DNA from: Octopus sinensis | Lineage: Eukaryota | Assembly: GCF_006345805.1 (NCBI RefSeq) | Contig: NC_043014.1 | Span: 19,282,001 to 19,346,000 of the forward strand | DNA: 64,000 bases | Direction of reading: 5' to 3' | Shown: positions 25,188-38,318 of the stretch, piece by piece | Layout of the letters: each line of letters begins with the position of its first letter | Position numbering within the stretch: the first letter of the stretch is position 1 | Position numbers and translations under genes: made by a program | Notes under the pieces: generated by a model | What the model saw: only the letters and a program-made list of their open reading frames with translations | Told to the model about the DNA's origin: nothing | Databases searched by the model: none

Positions 25188-26105
25188 TCATTTGGTTTTA
25201 ATTCTTAGAAAAGCTTTTAATTCTTGCCGAAAGTTTGAAGATGCCAGCATGTAGACAGCAAAGTTCAAAGCATTATTGAAATAGGAAAAGAAATGTGCCA
25301 ATACATAGACAGCGATTACATTTTTGGCATATGTTGTATTCCTGTCCCCTTTGTATGTTGTAATCACTATCCCACATATTGCAAATGGACTTGTGCACAG
25401 CAAGAACAAAATGCTGATCATAAAAAGTAAATAAAGTCCTTCTTTAACTTTTTGCTTTAATTTCAAAAAAGTTTGTTGTTTCGCCTTTATATTAACCGAG
25501 CCAGCGCGTTTTCTCAAACAATATAATATAATCCCGTTAGTAATCAACAGTCCAATGACAGGTAAAATCCAGTAGAAAATGTAAAAGATGATGTATTTAA
25601 TTTTGATGTAGTTTTGTGGTGCAGAATCGTAGCATTTAGAATGATTCAATGAGTAGAAATATAGAATAGGTGAATTAAAAGCGACTAGAATAAAGAAAAG
25701 AATACACAGCGCGACTCGTTGGTGTTTACATTTTAGATTATGATATCTAATAGGAAAAATGATAGCAACCATCCTTTCAATTGAGATCAACAGTACGATC
25801 AAAGATGACGTTTCCAATACGAATTTATCCAGAAACGGCAGTAGTTTACAAGCAAATAGCGATTTTAATCGTAATTGGATTCCATACGAATGTCTAAGCC
25901 ATTTGTCAATCATTAAAATGACGAAAACACCGATATCGTTAAAAGAAAGTCCTATTAAATAGATTCTAATGTTTGATTCTTTCATCTTGGGTCGAAATAG
26001 GACGAAAATACAGAGAATATTTCCTAACACCCCGATTATAATCAATGGATACCCTGAATAGTGTGCCATATCATTGGCAAAATTCTGGAAGTCCGTAGAG
26101 TTCAT
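25188..26105 (-). CDS. Class A (rhodopsin-like) GPCR, uninterrupted ORF, 305 aa; FMRFamide/peptide-receptor-like orphan (GPCR-1)
   Basis: Seven hydrophobic segments with class A motifs: TM1 GN, TM2 LSFND, TM3 C...ERM, ECL2 Cys, TM5 LP, TM6 FLLCTSP, TM7 NNALNFAVY, helix 8 FRQEL. N-terminal NST sequon. Confidence 0.95.
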   Translation of the reverse strand: MNSTDFQNFANDMAHYSGYPLIIIGVLGNILCIFVLFRPKMKESNIRIYLIGLSFNDIGVFVILMIDKWLRHSYGIQLRLKSLFACKLLPFLDKFVLETSSLIVLLISIERMVAIIFPIRYHNLKCKHQRVALCILFFILVAFNSPILYFYSLNHSKCYDSAPQNYIKIKYIIFYIFYWILPVIGLLITNGIILYCLRKRAGSVNIKAKQQTFLKLKQKVKEGLYLLFMISILFLLCTSPFAICGIVITTYKGDRNTTYAKNVIAVYVLAHFFSYFNNALNFAVYMLASSNFRQELKAFLRIKTK

Positions 26106-26197
26106 TCTATTATAAGTCTAGATCAGCGAAAATAAAAGAAAAGAGAAAAATTACATTTAAAGAGACATTAATATAATTACCCTATTATTATTATTAA

Positions 26198-26236
<39 letters not shown>

Positions 26237-27149
26237 CGTTGTTGTTGTTGTTGATGTTGTTATAGACGTCGCATAGTATACAATATCGTGAGGTTGTTGA
26301 CTGAAGATATCGAGTCTACCTGGGGTTTGCACTATTTTTCAAGACACAACAAGGACCTCAGACAGACAGTACTTTACGCAATATGCGTGCATTTCCAATT
26401 AATGCCAACTTTGGCAATACATCTAAATTGTAAGATATTTCTAAAGTTTTCAGATGTTTCTTTTAGATTGGGTATTATCATTATTATCATCATCAAAAGT
26501 AGTAGTAGTAGTAGTAGTGTTGGTAGTGGTAGTCGTAGTAGTTCAGTACGATTATTTGTATTGCGTGATTTCGTTGCTCAACCAAATGTTCTGTGTACAT
26601 TGTCTTGTGGGATACACACTATATTTCGTCCAGTTATAGCGTTTTCAAATGTATTGAGAAGTACTATACTAATCTAGAGTAAACTATAGAAATTAGTATA
26701 CTATAGAACATACTCGAATGCCAAAGTTAGTACACTGTGGAGTAGAGTATCGAAAATATCTTGTGAAGTCTACAGTTATATGGTCCTTTGTACTTCTCAG
26801 CAGATCTGATTTTATAGAGAAATCTGCAAGCGCTATATAACTTGAAAAACATAAGAAATTACTCCGGGTTTCAGTTTAACTTCTTACGGTTAAAGAACCC
26901 CACGCAAACAACAAATAATGGCAGAAATCACCTTGGCAATGGCTCCACTACACAGTTAGGGAAATAAATATAACAACAGAGCAACATTGAACTGCATTAT
27001 AACATATTTAGAGGAGAGAGGAAACATGTAGTGGAGGTGGAGGGTGATATCCTTACTCAAACACGGAAATACAGCGTTTAGAGATGAAGACACGTAACAG
27101 AAATAACAGAAGTAATGATAATACTAACCTTTCTGCTAATAAATACATA

Positions 27150-27207
<58 letters not shown>

Positions 27208-27280
27208 GGATAGATGGATAGATGGATAGATAGATACATAGATGGATAGAGAGAGAGATAGCAGCAGCAGCAGGAGGAGC

Positions 27281-27314
<34 letters not shown>

Positions 27315-28599
27315 TAGTAGTAGTAGTAGTAGTCAAATGTATTTTCGAAAACATAAAATGACTCGATAGTATTACTTATCTTATATAGTATGCCTGTATT
27401 TCTCGGATAAGAGATATGAGAGATTATGAAGAAAGTTTAAAAGAAAAATATACCTGTGAAAATATTTGTTGTTCGTGTTGTTTATCCTCAGATCAGTTTT
27501 AATCTAGAGAACCTAAAATTAAAGGCTACCCAGCCGTGTTAAGCTTGCCTTTGCTTCCAGAAATTTTTGCAAAATAGTATTAGCGCACGTTATGAAAAAT
27601 GAGAGATTTTCACGTTATTTGTGACAAGTAAATTAAACAGTAAATGCGTCTCCGTTTAGTTAGCTTATTTACAATAAGTAGTTGTAGTTATGTATGTTTG
27701 TTTACTGGTGTTACAGCAAGGAAAACTTAGGTTATATAGAATGCAGGATGGTCTTATTTTCATAATAGTCGATTAAATAGTCCTCACAATAATTGGTCAA
27801 CATTATAATAATTAATTTATCGAGTTCTAGGCGAAAACATCTTAAGTTTCATTCCTCTCTCTCGTAATATATATATGTATATATGCAAATGTGGGTGTGT
27901 GCGACAGAGAGAGAGAGAGAGTATGTGTGTGAAGAGATGTTTGCATGTATTCGTGTGTATATGTCTACTCTCACCAGTACTTTCCACCGGCCTCAGCTAC
28001 GGAGTAATTGAAAAGAAAATATTTCGGTTTACCTACTTGTTTTCTTTTAAATGAGTGATTTAGTGTAAAGAATGCGTTACGTCATATCCTGGTGAAGTCT
28101 ATTGTTGAGGTCTGAAGAGGATATGAATGTGCGGGGGGGGGGGGGGGTGACGGTGGCGTTGATGTAGCGGTGGGGATTGTACTAGTGGCGGTGGTAGTTG
28201 TGACGGCTCCGATCTCTCCTATGCAATTGACAATGGGACAAACTTGATAATGTGACACTCCTATTTTTTCGTCTGGTAACTTTTGTTGCATTCCATCAGA
28301 GTGGAAAAGGAAGGTCAATGCTTCAGTGAAACCGGGCGCGCGCACGCACATATACAAATACGCAAAAACACTAACAAGCATATAACTCAAACAGTCACAC
28401 AAAAATACAGATTCGTGTACCAATATAAAGATATATAATCTCATATACTAATACAAACACTTATATAGCGACACTGTCATGATCACTCACGCGTATACAC
28501 ACACACACACACACACAGACAGACAGACACACACACACACACTCATACACATATATTTGTATGCATATTTACATATATATATATATATATATATATATA

Positions 28600-28790
28600 C
28601 TCTTTGACTCTTTTACTTGTTTCAGTCATTTGACTGTGGCCATGCTGGAGCATCGCCTTTAGTCGAGAAAATCGACCCCAGGACTTATTCTTTGTAAGCC
28701 TAGTACTTATTCTATCGGTCAATTTTACCGATCCGCTAGGTTACGAGGACGTAAACACACCAGCATGCTGGGGAGGCCAAACACAGTCAC
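28600..28790 (-). mobile_element. SINE family B, 3' part
   Basis: ttcagtcatttgactgtggccatgctggagcatcgcctttagtcgag... Confidence 0.85.
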
Positions 28791-28835
28791 ACAAACACAC
28801 ACACACATACACACACACACAGTAAAGAGTATATA

Positions 28836-28893
<58 letters not shown>

Positions 28894-28907
28894 CATACAT
28901 ACATACA

Positions 28908-28943
<36 letters not shown>

Positions 28944-29259
28944 TATGTATGTATCCTGCCACGGGTTGATATAGATAAATTATGCAGTGGAGGTTCATTC
29001 AATGTGTTCACACAGCGTACTTCGCGAGTCTACCAAAACGATCTCTATTTCATTTTATTGGCAACTGTTGGCCCTGCACAGTGGGGACGAACTAGGGCAG
29101 ACAATACAATACAAGTGGGGACATAAAACATAAACGAATGAATGAAATGGATTTATATAATGGATGAATGTGTAATGGCTACTTGAAGCCCTACTTTTGA
29201 GTAGTACCATTTTAACTATATTTTTTCCTCTTTTTATACTTTTCTTTTCTTCTGCATGC

Positions 29260-29660
29260 ACAAGGCCAGAAACACAGAGAGGACAAACAAGGTCAGACAA
29301 ACGGATTAAGTCGATTATATCGACCCCAGTGCGTAACTGGTACTTAATTTATCGACCCCAAAATGATCAAAGGCAAAGTCGACCTCGGCGGAATTTGAAC
29401 TCAGAACGTAACGGCAGACGAAATACCTATTTCTTTACTACCCACAAAGGGCCAAACACAAAGAGGACAAACAAGGAGAGACAAACGGATTATGCCGATT
29501 ATATCGACCCCAGTGCGTAACTGGTACTTAATTTATCGACCCCGAAATGATCAAAGGCAGAGTCAACCTCGGCTGAATTTGAACTCAGAACGTAACGGCA
29601 GACGAAAGACTGCTAAGCATTTCGCCTGGCGTGCTAACGTTTCTAACAGCTCGCCACCTT
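29260..29660 (-). mobile_element. Two SINE family A units in tandem
   Basis: Body repeated twice (gtgcgtaactggtacttaatttatcgacccc...gaactcagaacgtaacggcagacgaaa); a single complete head at 29640-29660. Confidence 0.9.
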
Positions 29661-29744
29661 TCCTCTTCTTTATACTGACGTTTATCAAATTGATTCATCT
29701 TAATATATAAAATATGGTGTCAATTGTTCAAATTCTATCACAGG

Positions 29745-31235
29745 GAGTAGACAATCGTATCTTACCTCCCGCCCTAGTGGTTTCACATCATCGCCAAAAC
29801 TTGTCTTTAATTTTTTGTAATTGTTTATGTATATTAATATACATTCCATGCCTGGTACGCGTAAACCGTCCTACTCCATAAGTCTTATTGTCTTCATTTT
29901 TGCAATTTTTTCCTCAATGGCCGAGTTCGACCAGTAGTGCGTTCGATACGCCCAATGTTTATAACTGGTCTGTAATGCTTGTGTGTATTTAACTGGAGAT
30001 TCTGGGCTCTCTGTGTGTGTTTGTGTATACTTAACTAGGGATGCTGGTCTTTCTGTGTGAGATGGATATTCTGGGATATCTGGGATATTCTTGTATTTTT
30101 GCCATAATATGTGGGTTACTTATTTCTTTTTCTTCTTTTTTGAGTTTGTGGGAGATTTTAAAGTCCTTCCTCTTATTATTTTGTACTTCCTGGAATCCTT
30201 CATCTCTGCTTTCTACATTTGCTTCTTCCGTATTTTCCTTTAATTACTCGTCTCTGTTATTTCCTTCTTGTTTCTCCTCTACTGGTGTCTGGCTGTTAAG
30301 CCGGGGACAATACGCCTTTATATGCCCCTTGTTTCTGCAGCGGTACCAGGTGGGATGTCTTCCCTCTACCACCACTCGCAGCTTCACATCATCTGGTAGC
30401 TCTATCTCTTCGGTAATTTCCTGTAAGTTCAGTTAAGTGGCCTGTATTATAACTTCCAGGCCTTTTCCCCAACAGTTCAATTGTTTGGTGCGGCTGACTT
30501 GCAGCACTTCTGGGTCCTCCTTTGTTCCTATTAAGATGCTGCAAGCAGCCACATCTCGTTAATCTCAGGGGGAACCCTGGCAATCCTCACTCGTGGCCAA
30601 TCCCGAGATAGGTTGGCAGGAGTGCCCATTCTTCTGTTTTCAATGTTACAGTGGAGTACTTTACTGCCTCCTCCACAGTAGGGAAGCGCACCTCCACTGT
30701 ACCAAACTTTCTTCCTCTGCAGTAACATTCAATGTCACTTCTTATATCTTCCAAGTCCTCTTCTATAGCTTCGTCGCTAGTCATTTCTATCTACTTGCTT
30801 CTCAGTGATAGGGTTCTGTAAATCACCATTTTTTTCCTTTTTACTTTTAATTTGTAGCTGCTTCTTACCATTTCAATGTCGACAGGTACTTCTTTGACAT
30901 CCAGTTGGTTCACAGTAGCTGCTACATTCTCTCTACCTACTACTGAAGTGTAGTACCCGCCACGTGTTTGCAACATTTCCATTGCTATTCTCGCGCCAAC
31001 TGGGGGAGAAAACAAAACAAAAGCAAACAATGCAACAACGGTTTAACAGCTCGAACAGTAGTCAAACCCGCTCGGGAAGACCTTCAACAAAGGACAACCC
31101 ATCCGCAACGATAATAATTCAAGACGGGAGTACCAAAACGATCTCTCACGACTACAACCGAACTCTACTCTTTACAAGAGTTCGGCTTGTCCATTCTCCA
31201 ATCTGCGAGGGTTTGTGACTCTCGCCACAACACAC
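29745..31235 (-). mobile_element. L1/Tx1-type ORF1 (gag-like) pseudogene with zinc knuckle; no ORF2 seen
   Basis: Translation ...GRKFGTVEVRFPTVEEA... and ...LRVVVEGRHPTWYRCRNKGHIKAYCP (CCHC knuckle with the first C changed to W), followed by a Lys/Glu-rich tail; stops and frameshifts present. Boundaries approximate. Confidence 0.72.
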
Positions 31236-31408
31236 ACACCCACACACAAACACACATGCGCGCGCGCTACACACACGCACATACACACACAAATGCACAC
31301 GCACATAGTTATACAAATATAGTAATTTAACATACATGTATACAAGGGCGACGTCCATGAATCCCATTCATTTCAATTAGTATATGTATGTGTCTGTGTG
31401 TATGTATG

Positions 31409-31439
<31 letters not shown>

Positions 31440-32359
31440 CTGGGATAACTCCGACATAAAACCTACGGCTCAGTGGTTACCGATGATGTTGACTTGTTCT
31501 TCTTTTCGGATTATGGCTGCTGTTGCTTAGTGAGTGGGTTTGAATCAGTGCACAGCCTTTCCTCACTTTAACAAAAGATCTTCTTGCACAGGCATTCCAC
31601 GATAACAACATTAATTAAGCTTTGTGCAATGGCCATACTCGATTACTATGGGGCAGCCACCATGTATGTATGTATGTATGAATGGTATATAACTTGGCTT
31701 ACCTTTGTTGTATCAAATGTGTTAACTTTGTTTTTATTGCTTAGTAATAATATACATAAATACTTGTTTTTTTGTTGTTTCTTTTTGCTTTTAGTTATGT
31801 TTTTTGGTTACAGTTACTACTTACATCTACAAAGTGTCTGTCTATATCACAATCATTTGATGCTCATTTTAGTTATCGATTACAATCGCTGTGTGAGATC
31901 AAGTTCTGCAGAGGTCGACTTCGCGTTTCGTTATCTTGTGGTCGATAAAATATGTATCAGTCGAGAAGTTGGATCGATGTAGAACCAATTAAAGGATCAA
32001 TCCAGTCCTTTATGCTAAAAGCTGTAGAGAGCAATGCCCTGCACAAGACATTGGAAAACATCTAGCTCAAACTAATTTGATTAACAGGGACATAATGACA
32101 GGAAAAGTTCACTGAGTCCTGAACAGAATTCATTGAAGAAATGCTCATCAGAAACTGAAATTTACTCAGAAATGAACACTCATTTGTACCGTAAACAGAG
32201 AACCATGTTCAAGGTTCAGTTAATTACTATGGATTGCACTGAGTGTGACAACAGTGTGTTCCCCCGTTTGATCTCCAATTATGTAACTCTAGGGTGGTAC
32301 AGTACGTATAGGGCATTTTGTTTGCTTTTTCACTATGAAGTAACAGTGCCACGTTACTC

Positions 32360-32735
32360 TTTTACTTGTTTCAGTTATTTGACTGTGGTAATGCTGGAGC
32401 ATCGCCTTTAGTCGAGCAAATTGATCCCAGAACTTATTCTTTGTTAGCCTAGTACTTATTCTATCGTCTCTTTTGCCGAACCGCTAAGTTACAGGGACGT
32501 AAACACACCAGCATCGGTTGTCAAGCGAAGTTGGAGGGACAAACACAGACACACAAACACACACACACACACACACACATATACATATATACGACGGGCT
32601 TCTTTCAGTTTCCGTCTACCAAATGTACTCACAAGGCTTTGGTCGGCCCGAGGCTACAGTAGAAGACACTTGCCGAAGATTCCACGCAGTGGAACTGAAC
32701 CCGGAACTACTTACCACACAGCCACTCCTACGCCT
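32360..32735 (-). mobile_element. SINE family B
   Basis: Matches family B throughout, including the internal (CA)n. Confidence 0.88.
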
Positions 32736-33331
32736 AACTTTGTGAAATATGTGTTATGCAAGTTGAACCATCATGTATTGACTTCAAAAGAATTATTTCA
32801 TAGTAGGTGATATAAGGACATGGATGAAGTTGCTTTGTTTTCTGCTTTATAGTTCTTTTGCTCCGAGTCAGTTCTGATCGAGCAAATCCACAATGATATA
32901 TGTTCTCATATGGACCATGGAGTCTTTTGTAAATAATGTCTCATTGATATTTCAAGGATGCTAGATATGTGTTCTGGGACAAATTTAGTTGCTATATCTA
33001 GCAAGTCGATTGTTGCTATTGTTGATTTGCTCCGATCTGCCCTCACTGGATCATTGATCAACACCAGGCCTGCCCACATTCTACTGCACAATTTACAATA
33101 CGTACCAGATTTGGTCCTGTGCCTTTATTATGCAAACAAAATATATCAAGAACTACATCATCCAATGTGTCCTTTTTTTTCTCAAATAGAATGACTTAAG
33201 GAAGATTTTGCTTTTATTTCCAGCAGACTTTTGCCTCTTCTTTGGTTCCATATTAGAACAATGTACGAAAGTGAAAGATAGACACAGACGGAGAGAGGAA
33301 TAAAAATGCCAAAAAATTAAGAAGAAAGAGC

Positions 33332-33373
<42 letters not shown>

Positions 33374-33715
33374 GGACACTTTCCCACTTTTCTTTACGCA
33401 TCATCTAAACCATTAGCTGTTGTTGGAAACCAGCGGTAACAACTGAGTCAGGTGATCCTGAAGCTACGCTTTCCTTCATTTAGAACTAAGTTACCAAATT
33501 TTCAATCTAAGATGCAGCAGATTTTACAGCTGTTCTCTCCGTCTTAGCGTTATACATACATAGATAACACATATGCACTGACTCCAAAACTGTTCACATA
33601 CACACATACTTGCAAAAACATCAAGATGTGGTTGTTGAAATTTCATTGAAAAAACCATGGATCTAGGTTAGAAACCAGCTCTTTAGGCAAAAATCTTGAA
33701 ATAAGACTGAATAAT

Positions 33716-33918
33716 CTTTTCTAATCTAGGCAGAAGGCCCGAAATTTTGGGGGAGCGGTTAGGGTTAGGATTAGATCAACCCCAGTACGCAACTGGTACT
33801 TTATCGACGCGAAAGGATGAAAGGCAAAGTCGACCTCGGTGGAATTTGAACTCAGAACGTAGCAGCAGACGAAATACTGCTAAGCATTTCGCCCGGCGTG
33901 CTAACGTTTCTGCCAGCT
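33716..33918 (-). mobile_element. SINE family A with 20-bp TSD
   Basis: ttgaaataagactgaataat at 33696-33715 and 33919-33938. Confidence 0.92.
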
Positions 33919-34262
33919 TTGAAATAAGACTGAATAATAACAAACATATGCATGCGTTTATGTATACAATATGTGTGTGTATGTGTGAATATATGCATGC
34001 ATAACCTGTGTCAGCATCGGGTATATGTATTTGATAATTTTGCTGTATTATTACTATTTTAATATTAATTGCATTTGAAATGTATAAATATATCTCAATA
34101 TATTTCTATAGGAGCTGTAGCAGACTACATTTATATACATGCATTGTTAGTATATAATCAAGGGAATTAACAAATACTTCTCTACCAAAGAGCTGTAAAT
34201 ATCTCAAGGGAAAAAGAACGAGAAAGAAAAAGAAAGCATGTCCAAAGCTATGTTATAAGACC

Positions 34263-34603
34263 AAATACCGCCGAGGTCGACTTTGCCTTTCATCCTCTCG
34301 GGGTGGATAAAACCAGCTGAGCATTGGGTTCGATTGAATCAACTTGCCTCCCAACCCCAAAATTGCTGGCATCGGATCAAAATTTGAAACTGATATTGTA
34401 ATAAGAATGAAGTGGGGAACTAGCACAATCATTGCTGCGCCGGGCAAAATGCTTAACGGCGTTTGGTCCGTCTTCACGTTCTGAATTTAAATTCCATCGA
34501 GGTCGACTTTGCCTTTCATCTTTTCGGGGTCGATAAAATAAGTACGAGCTGATCACGGGGGTTGATGTTATCGATTTAAACCTTTGCCCAAAATCTGAAA
34601 CCA
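34263..34603 (+). mobile_element. Two adjacent SINE family A copies
   Basis: ccgccgaggtcgactttgcctttcatc at about 34270 and about 34495. Confidence 0.82.
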
Positions 34604-35229
34604 ATTTTAACTATATTAGGCGTCATAAACTATAAATAATGTTGGCCTTTATCAAACATTTCAATGGGAACATCGTGTTACTGTACATGATAACACAGAC
34701 ATTTTAATCTTATTTCATAACTATACGATGTGTATTCATTGATTCAAGTAGAATAAAGCTTATGTATTTTATATCAATTATTGTTTACCTATTGCCTGGG
34801 GAACAAATGGATTAGGGAACGCCCAAATGGATATTTGATAAAGCACAGAAATTAGATGAATGTAATCAGAGCGTTGCGTCTTTGTTCATTCAGCGTACGT
34901 AGTATGAATCGGTCATATTACATACAGTCTTTTCTGAGGAACGTAGCTGAATTATGCACAAGGTATGTACGTGTATATCTGCATATATAGTGTGTGTATG
35001 TGTGTGTGTGTTTGTGGATATGTGTGAGCATGTGTTTGTAATATACAAGATAAAATATATTCTCAACGAGCTACTTTTCTGTAAGAAGCCTACGAAACTT
35101 TGAGTCGTATAGGGCTGAATCAAACCGTAATAGTAATAATAATAATAATAATAATAAGTGTTCCCTGGGAACAGTAAGTGAAAATCGTAAGTACATGGAA
35201 CAAATAGGGGCTGCAATAAGGGTGGAACA

Positions 35230-35251
35230 CTGGCAGAAAACAATGCTGCTT

Positions 35252-35309
<58 letters not shown>

Positions 35310-35320
35310 GTATATGTATA

Positions 35321-35382
<62 letters not shown>

Positions 35383-35393
35383 TATATATATAT

Positions 35394-35459
<66 letters not shown>

Positions 35460-35480
35460 TGATAGATAGATAGATAGATA
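35230..35480. repeat. (TA)n + (GATA)n microsatellite
   Basis: Direct reading. Confidence 0.97.
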
Positions 35481-36299
35481 GTTAAAACGGTAAGACAACA
35501 AAAGAAAGAAAGAGACCTCGATATTATGTAAATAGAGGGCGGCGTGGATTTCCACCTCGGCATCCGAAATTCGGAGTTTTATCATGGCTATCGAATAATT
35601 GTCACATATTACATTTACAGATGTGTGTGTGTGTGTGTATGCGTGTATGTGTGTTTGAGCATGTGAGTCTGTATATGTGTTTGCGCGCGCGTGCGTAGTT
35701 ATTCAATAAAAAATATGACTTCCATCACGATGCAAATCTAATAAAGAATCGGTATTGTTATGCTGCAGTAGTTTTACTGTTTTTCCCTCCAATCATTTTT
35801 GTTTTTACATTTCATTGAGCTGAAATATGAAATATAAAACACGATACTTGAATAATGAACACGCTTTATTTGTATATACTTCACATCATCTTCAAAATCT
35901 TTTTATTTGCATTATATGAAACGTTTTCATGCATTAAACATAATGTTATGAAAATACAGATACTCATTATTTTAGGTTCTGAAAACTGAAACAAACACTT
36001 TTGTAACAGATTCATTGGAAATTATTTAAAAATGAATGCAAATACATATTTAAGAAACACAGCATTTTTTATACTAATATATGTCATGTAGACAATGGGT
36101 CTACATGGCATTTGATGCAGTGAGGGCGTAGTTTAATATTGATCGATCATTTATACAAGAAAAACAAATATATTATATGAATATATATTTCATATTTATC
36201 AAACCATTGTTTGTGGAGACATATTGTGAATGTATGACGGTAGACTGCTGTAGTCCAAGAAAGAGAGTTCTGTAATTTCTTGCGGATCAAACCTGTTCA

Positions 36300-36530
36300 A
36301 ATGACTTCTTTATAGTGATCAAATATTCCTGCTGTACATCAGCTCGTTCCCTCCATCAAATCAACATTGCTTGAATAGGTGCACGCTGTACTACACGTAG
36401 GGTGTCGAAGTGATCGTCGAGCAATTTGAGATGAAGTTTTTTTCTTACGAATACAAAGCACTACTCAGTCCAGGAATTTAACCCACGATCTCATGATCGG
36501 GAATGCAATACATAAGCACCACTGTATGCT
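36300..36530 (-). mobile_element. Degraded tRNA-derived SINE
   Basis: Head-like aggaatttaacccacgatctcatgatcgggaatgcaat on + strand; diverged body. Confidence 0.5.
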
Positions 36531-36904
36531 TTTTCTAATTAAGCTATTCATGGCGCATACGAAATATGCTGAGTGAATGTATAATTTGTATTTAACAGTT
36601 CATAGCAGATGCGTAACCAGTAGAGTGGGTGTATAGATTTTATAACAGCAATGTATAGCACAACTGGAACATGTAGAGAGTATACAATTTTATATATTAA
36701 TAAGCCATGGGACACACGAAATATGTGAAATCAGTTTATAATGCTATAATAACAGTCCACCCTGCATAAACGCGTAGTGAGTATATCATATATGTAATAA
36801 TCAATGGAACGTAACAAATATGTAAGGGTGAGTGGTACAATTTTAGGTTTAACCATTCTTAGGTAATGTTTTTGTTTCTCAATATTCCTATTTTCGGTGC
36901 CTAC

Positions 36905-37085
36905 GAGCAGGGAAATTTTTGTCACGCCGGGCAAAATGTTTTGCGGCATTTGGTCCGACTTACGTTCTGTGTTCAATTGCCACCGAATTCGACCTTGCTC
37001 TCATTCTTTCGGGTGCAATAAAATAAGTGACTATTAGCTCCTTTCCTGAAACTACTGGCCTTGTGTCAAAATTTGAAACCAATAT
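36905..37085 (+). mobile_element. SINE family A, degraded
   Basis: cacgccgggcaaaatg...ttacgttctgtgttcaa... Confidence 0.75.
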
Positions 37086-37974
37086 TCCGTATTACATCAC
37101 AATGAATTGGATGGAGGATAATTGTACCAGCAAGTTACCGTGGTTATTTGTTTTGACTTGGTAATTATGTATTGTATTATCTGAGCGATTCATAGTGCAA
37201 CGAAGCTTGTAATGGTGGTGAGATAATGTGCGTAGTCTCCGTTGGAGGACTTACAGTTTTGCTGAATATCATAGGTCTTTGCTATTTGTGTTAAAATGTT
37301 AGAGTCTTGGCCTTGTTGAAGTCACCAGCGACTTGATCGCTCAAAAAAACCCACAGAATAAGGTGAACGTCCGTCGCGTATTCGTTCATTGTCCCCACAG
37401 TGGTGAATCTGGGGGTCGAAACTCGCGCCAGACAGATTCGTTAATCAGTGGAATCTATCGAGAAGATTGCCTTACTGCTGTACTTTTGTTTGGAAGAATG
37501 ACAGACCTGTGGTTATAGTGAAAGACTTTGAGCAGTGAACGCTGTTCAACAGAAATGTTTGTCTCAGTTCAGCCTGCCATAAACATGCACCGCTTAAAAA
37601 ATAACGTGAATTTAGACAGGAGCTGCTGCACTCCTGTAAATTTTGTCAATAGTTTATATGAGTGTTAAAAACATGGGTCTAAATGGACCTCCTTTATCTG
37701 CGTATGCTGGTGGCGAGAATTCGGCGAGGCCAGTTTCCTTTGATAATCCATTATTGTTTGCACTCTTTGTTGTTACTCCTTATTTTGAGGGATGCCTCTT
37801 TGTTTATATTTTCATATTGTACACTACTATTGCTATTCATTAGTTAATTATCAATGTGTTCATTTGCTGGTGCTGATATGATTTTGAACGTTTAAACGAT
37901 GTAACCCCACCTTTGATTCTATTTGTGATTTTTCTTTGTATTTCGCCTAAATGGACGTCTGTAGCAAGCCATCT

Positions 37975-38095
37975 GAGTTTAAATACCGCCGAGGTCAGTT
38001 TTGCCTTTCACTCCTATGGACTTAATAAAATTAGGCACCAGTCAAGTACTGTTGTCGATATAACCTCTGTTCAAAACTGTTGGTGATTGTGTCTA
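37975..38095 (+). mobile_element. SINE family A fragment just 3' of GPCR-2
   Basis: ctgagtttaaataccgccgaggtcag.tttgcctttca... Confidence 0.65.
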
Positions 38096-38318
38096 AATCA
38101 TATGCTATTTCATATCTTTTAGAATTCAGCAATATGATACCACAATGACATCCTTTTCTGATGTGGATTCGAACCATCAAACTGTCGATTTATAACGTTA
38201 CATCGAATCAAATTAATTCCTACACTCAACTACGTTCAAGTTAATGAAATGAAAAAAATTAAATATACAAAAAAAAATCCAACAACAAAACCGTGGGCAA
38301 TACTATGAATCGCAATAT

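Noticed and set aside
25759-25962. Plus-strand ORFs overlapping the GPCRs (also 38923-39120, 58625-58825) and alternative-frame 58256-58480
   Set aside because: Antisense or off-frame shadows of the GPCR ORFs with no independent signal.
32900-33130. Non-repetitive stretch with short ORFs on both strands, possible transposase remnant
   Set aside because: No motif I can identify with confidence.
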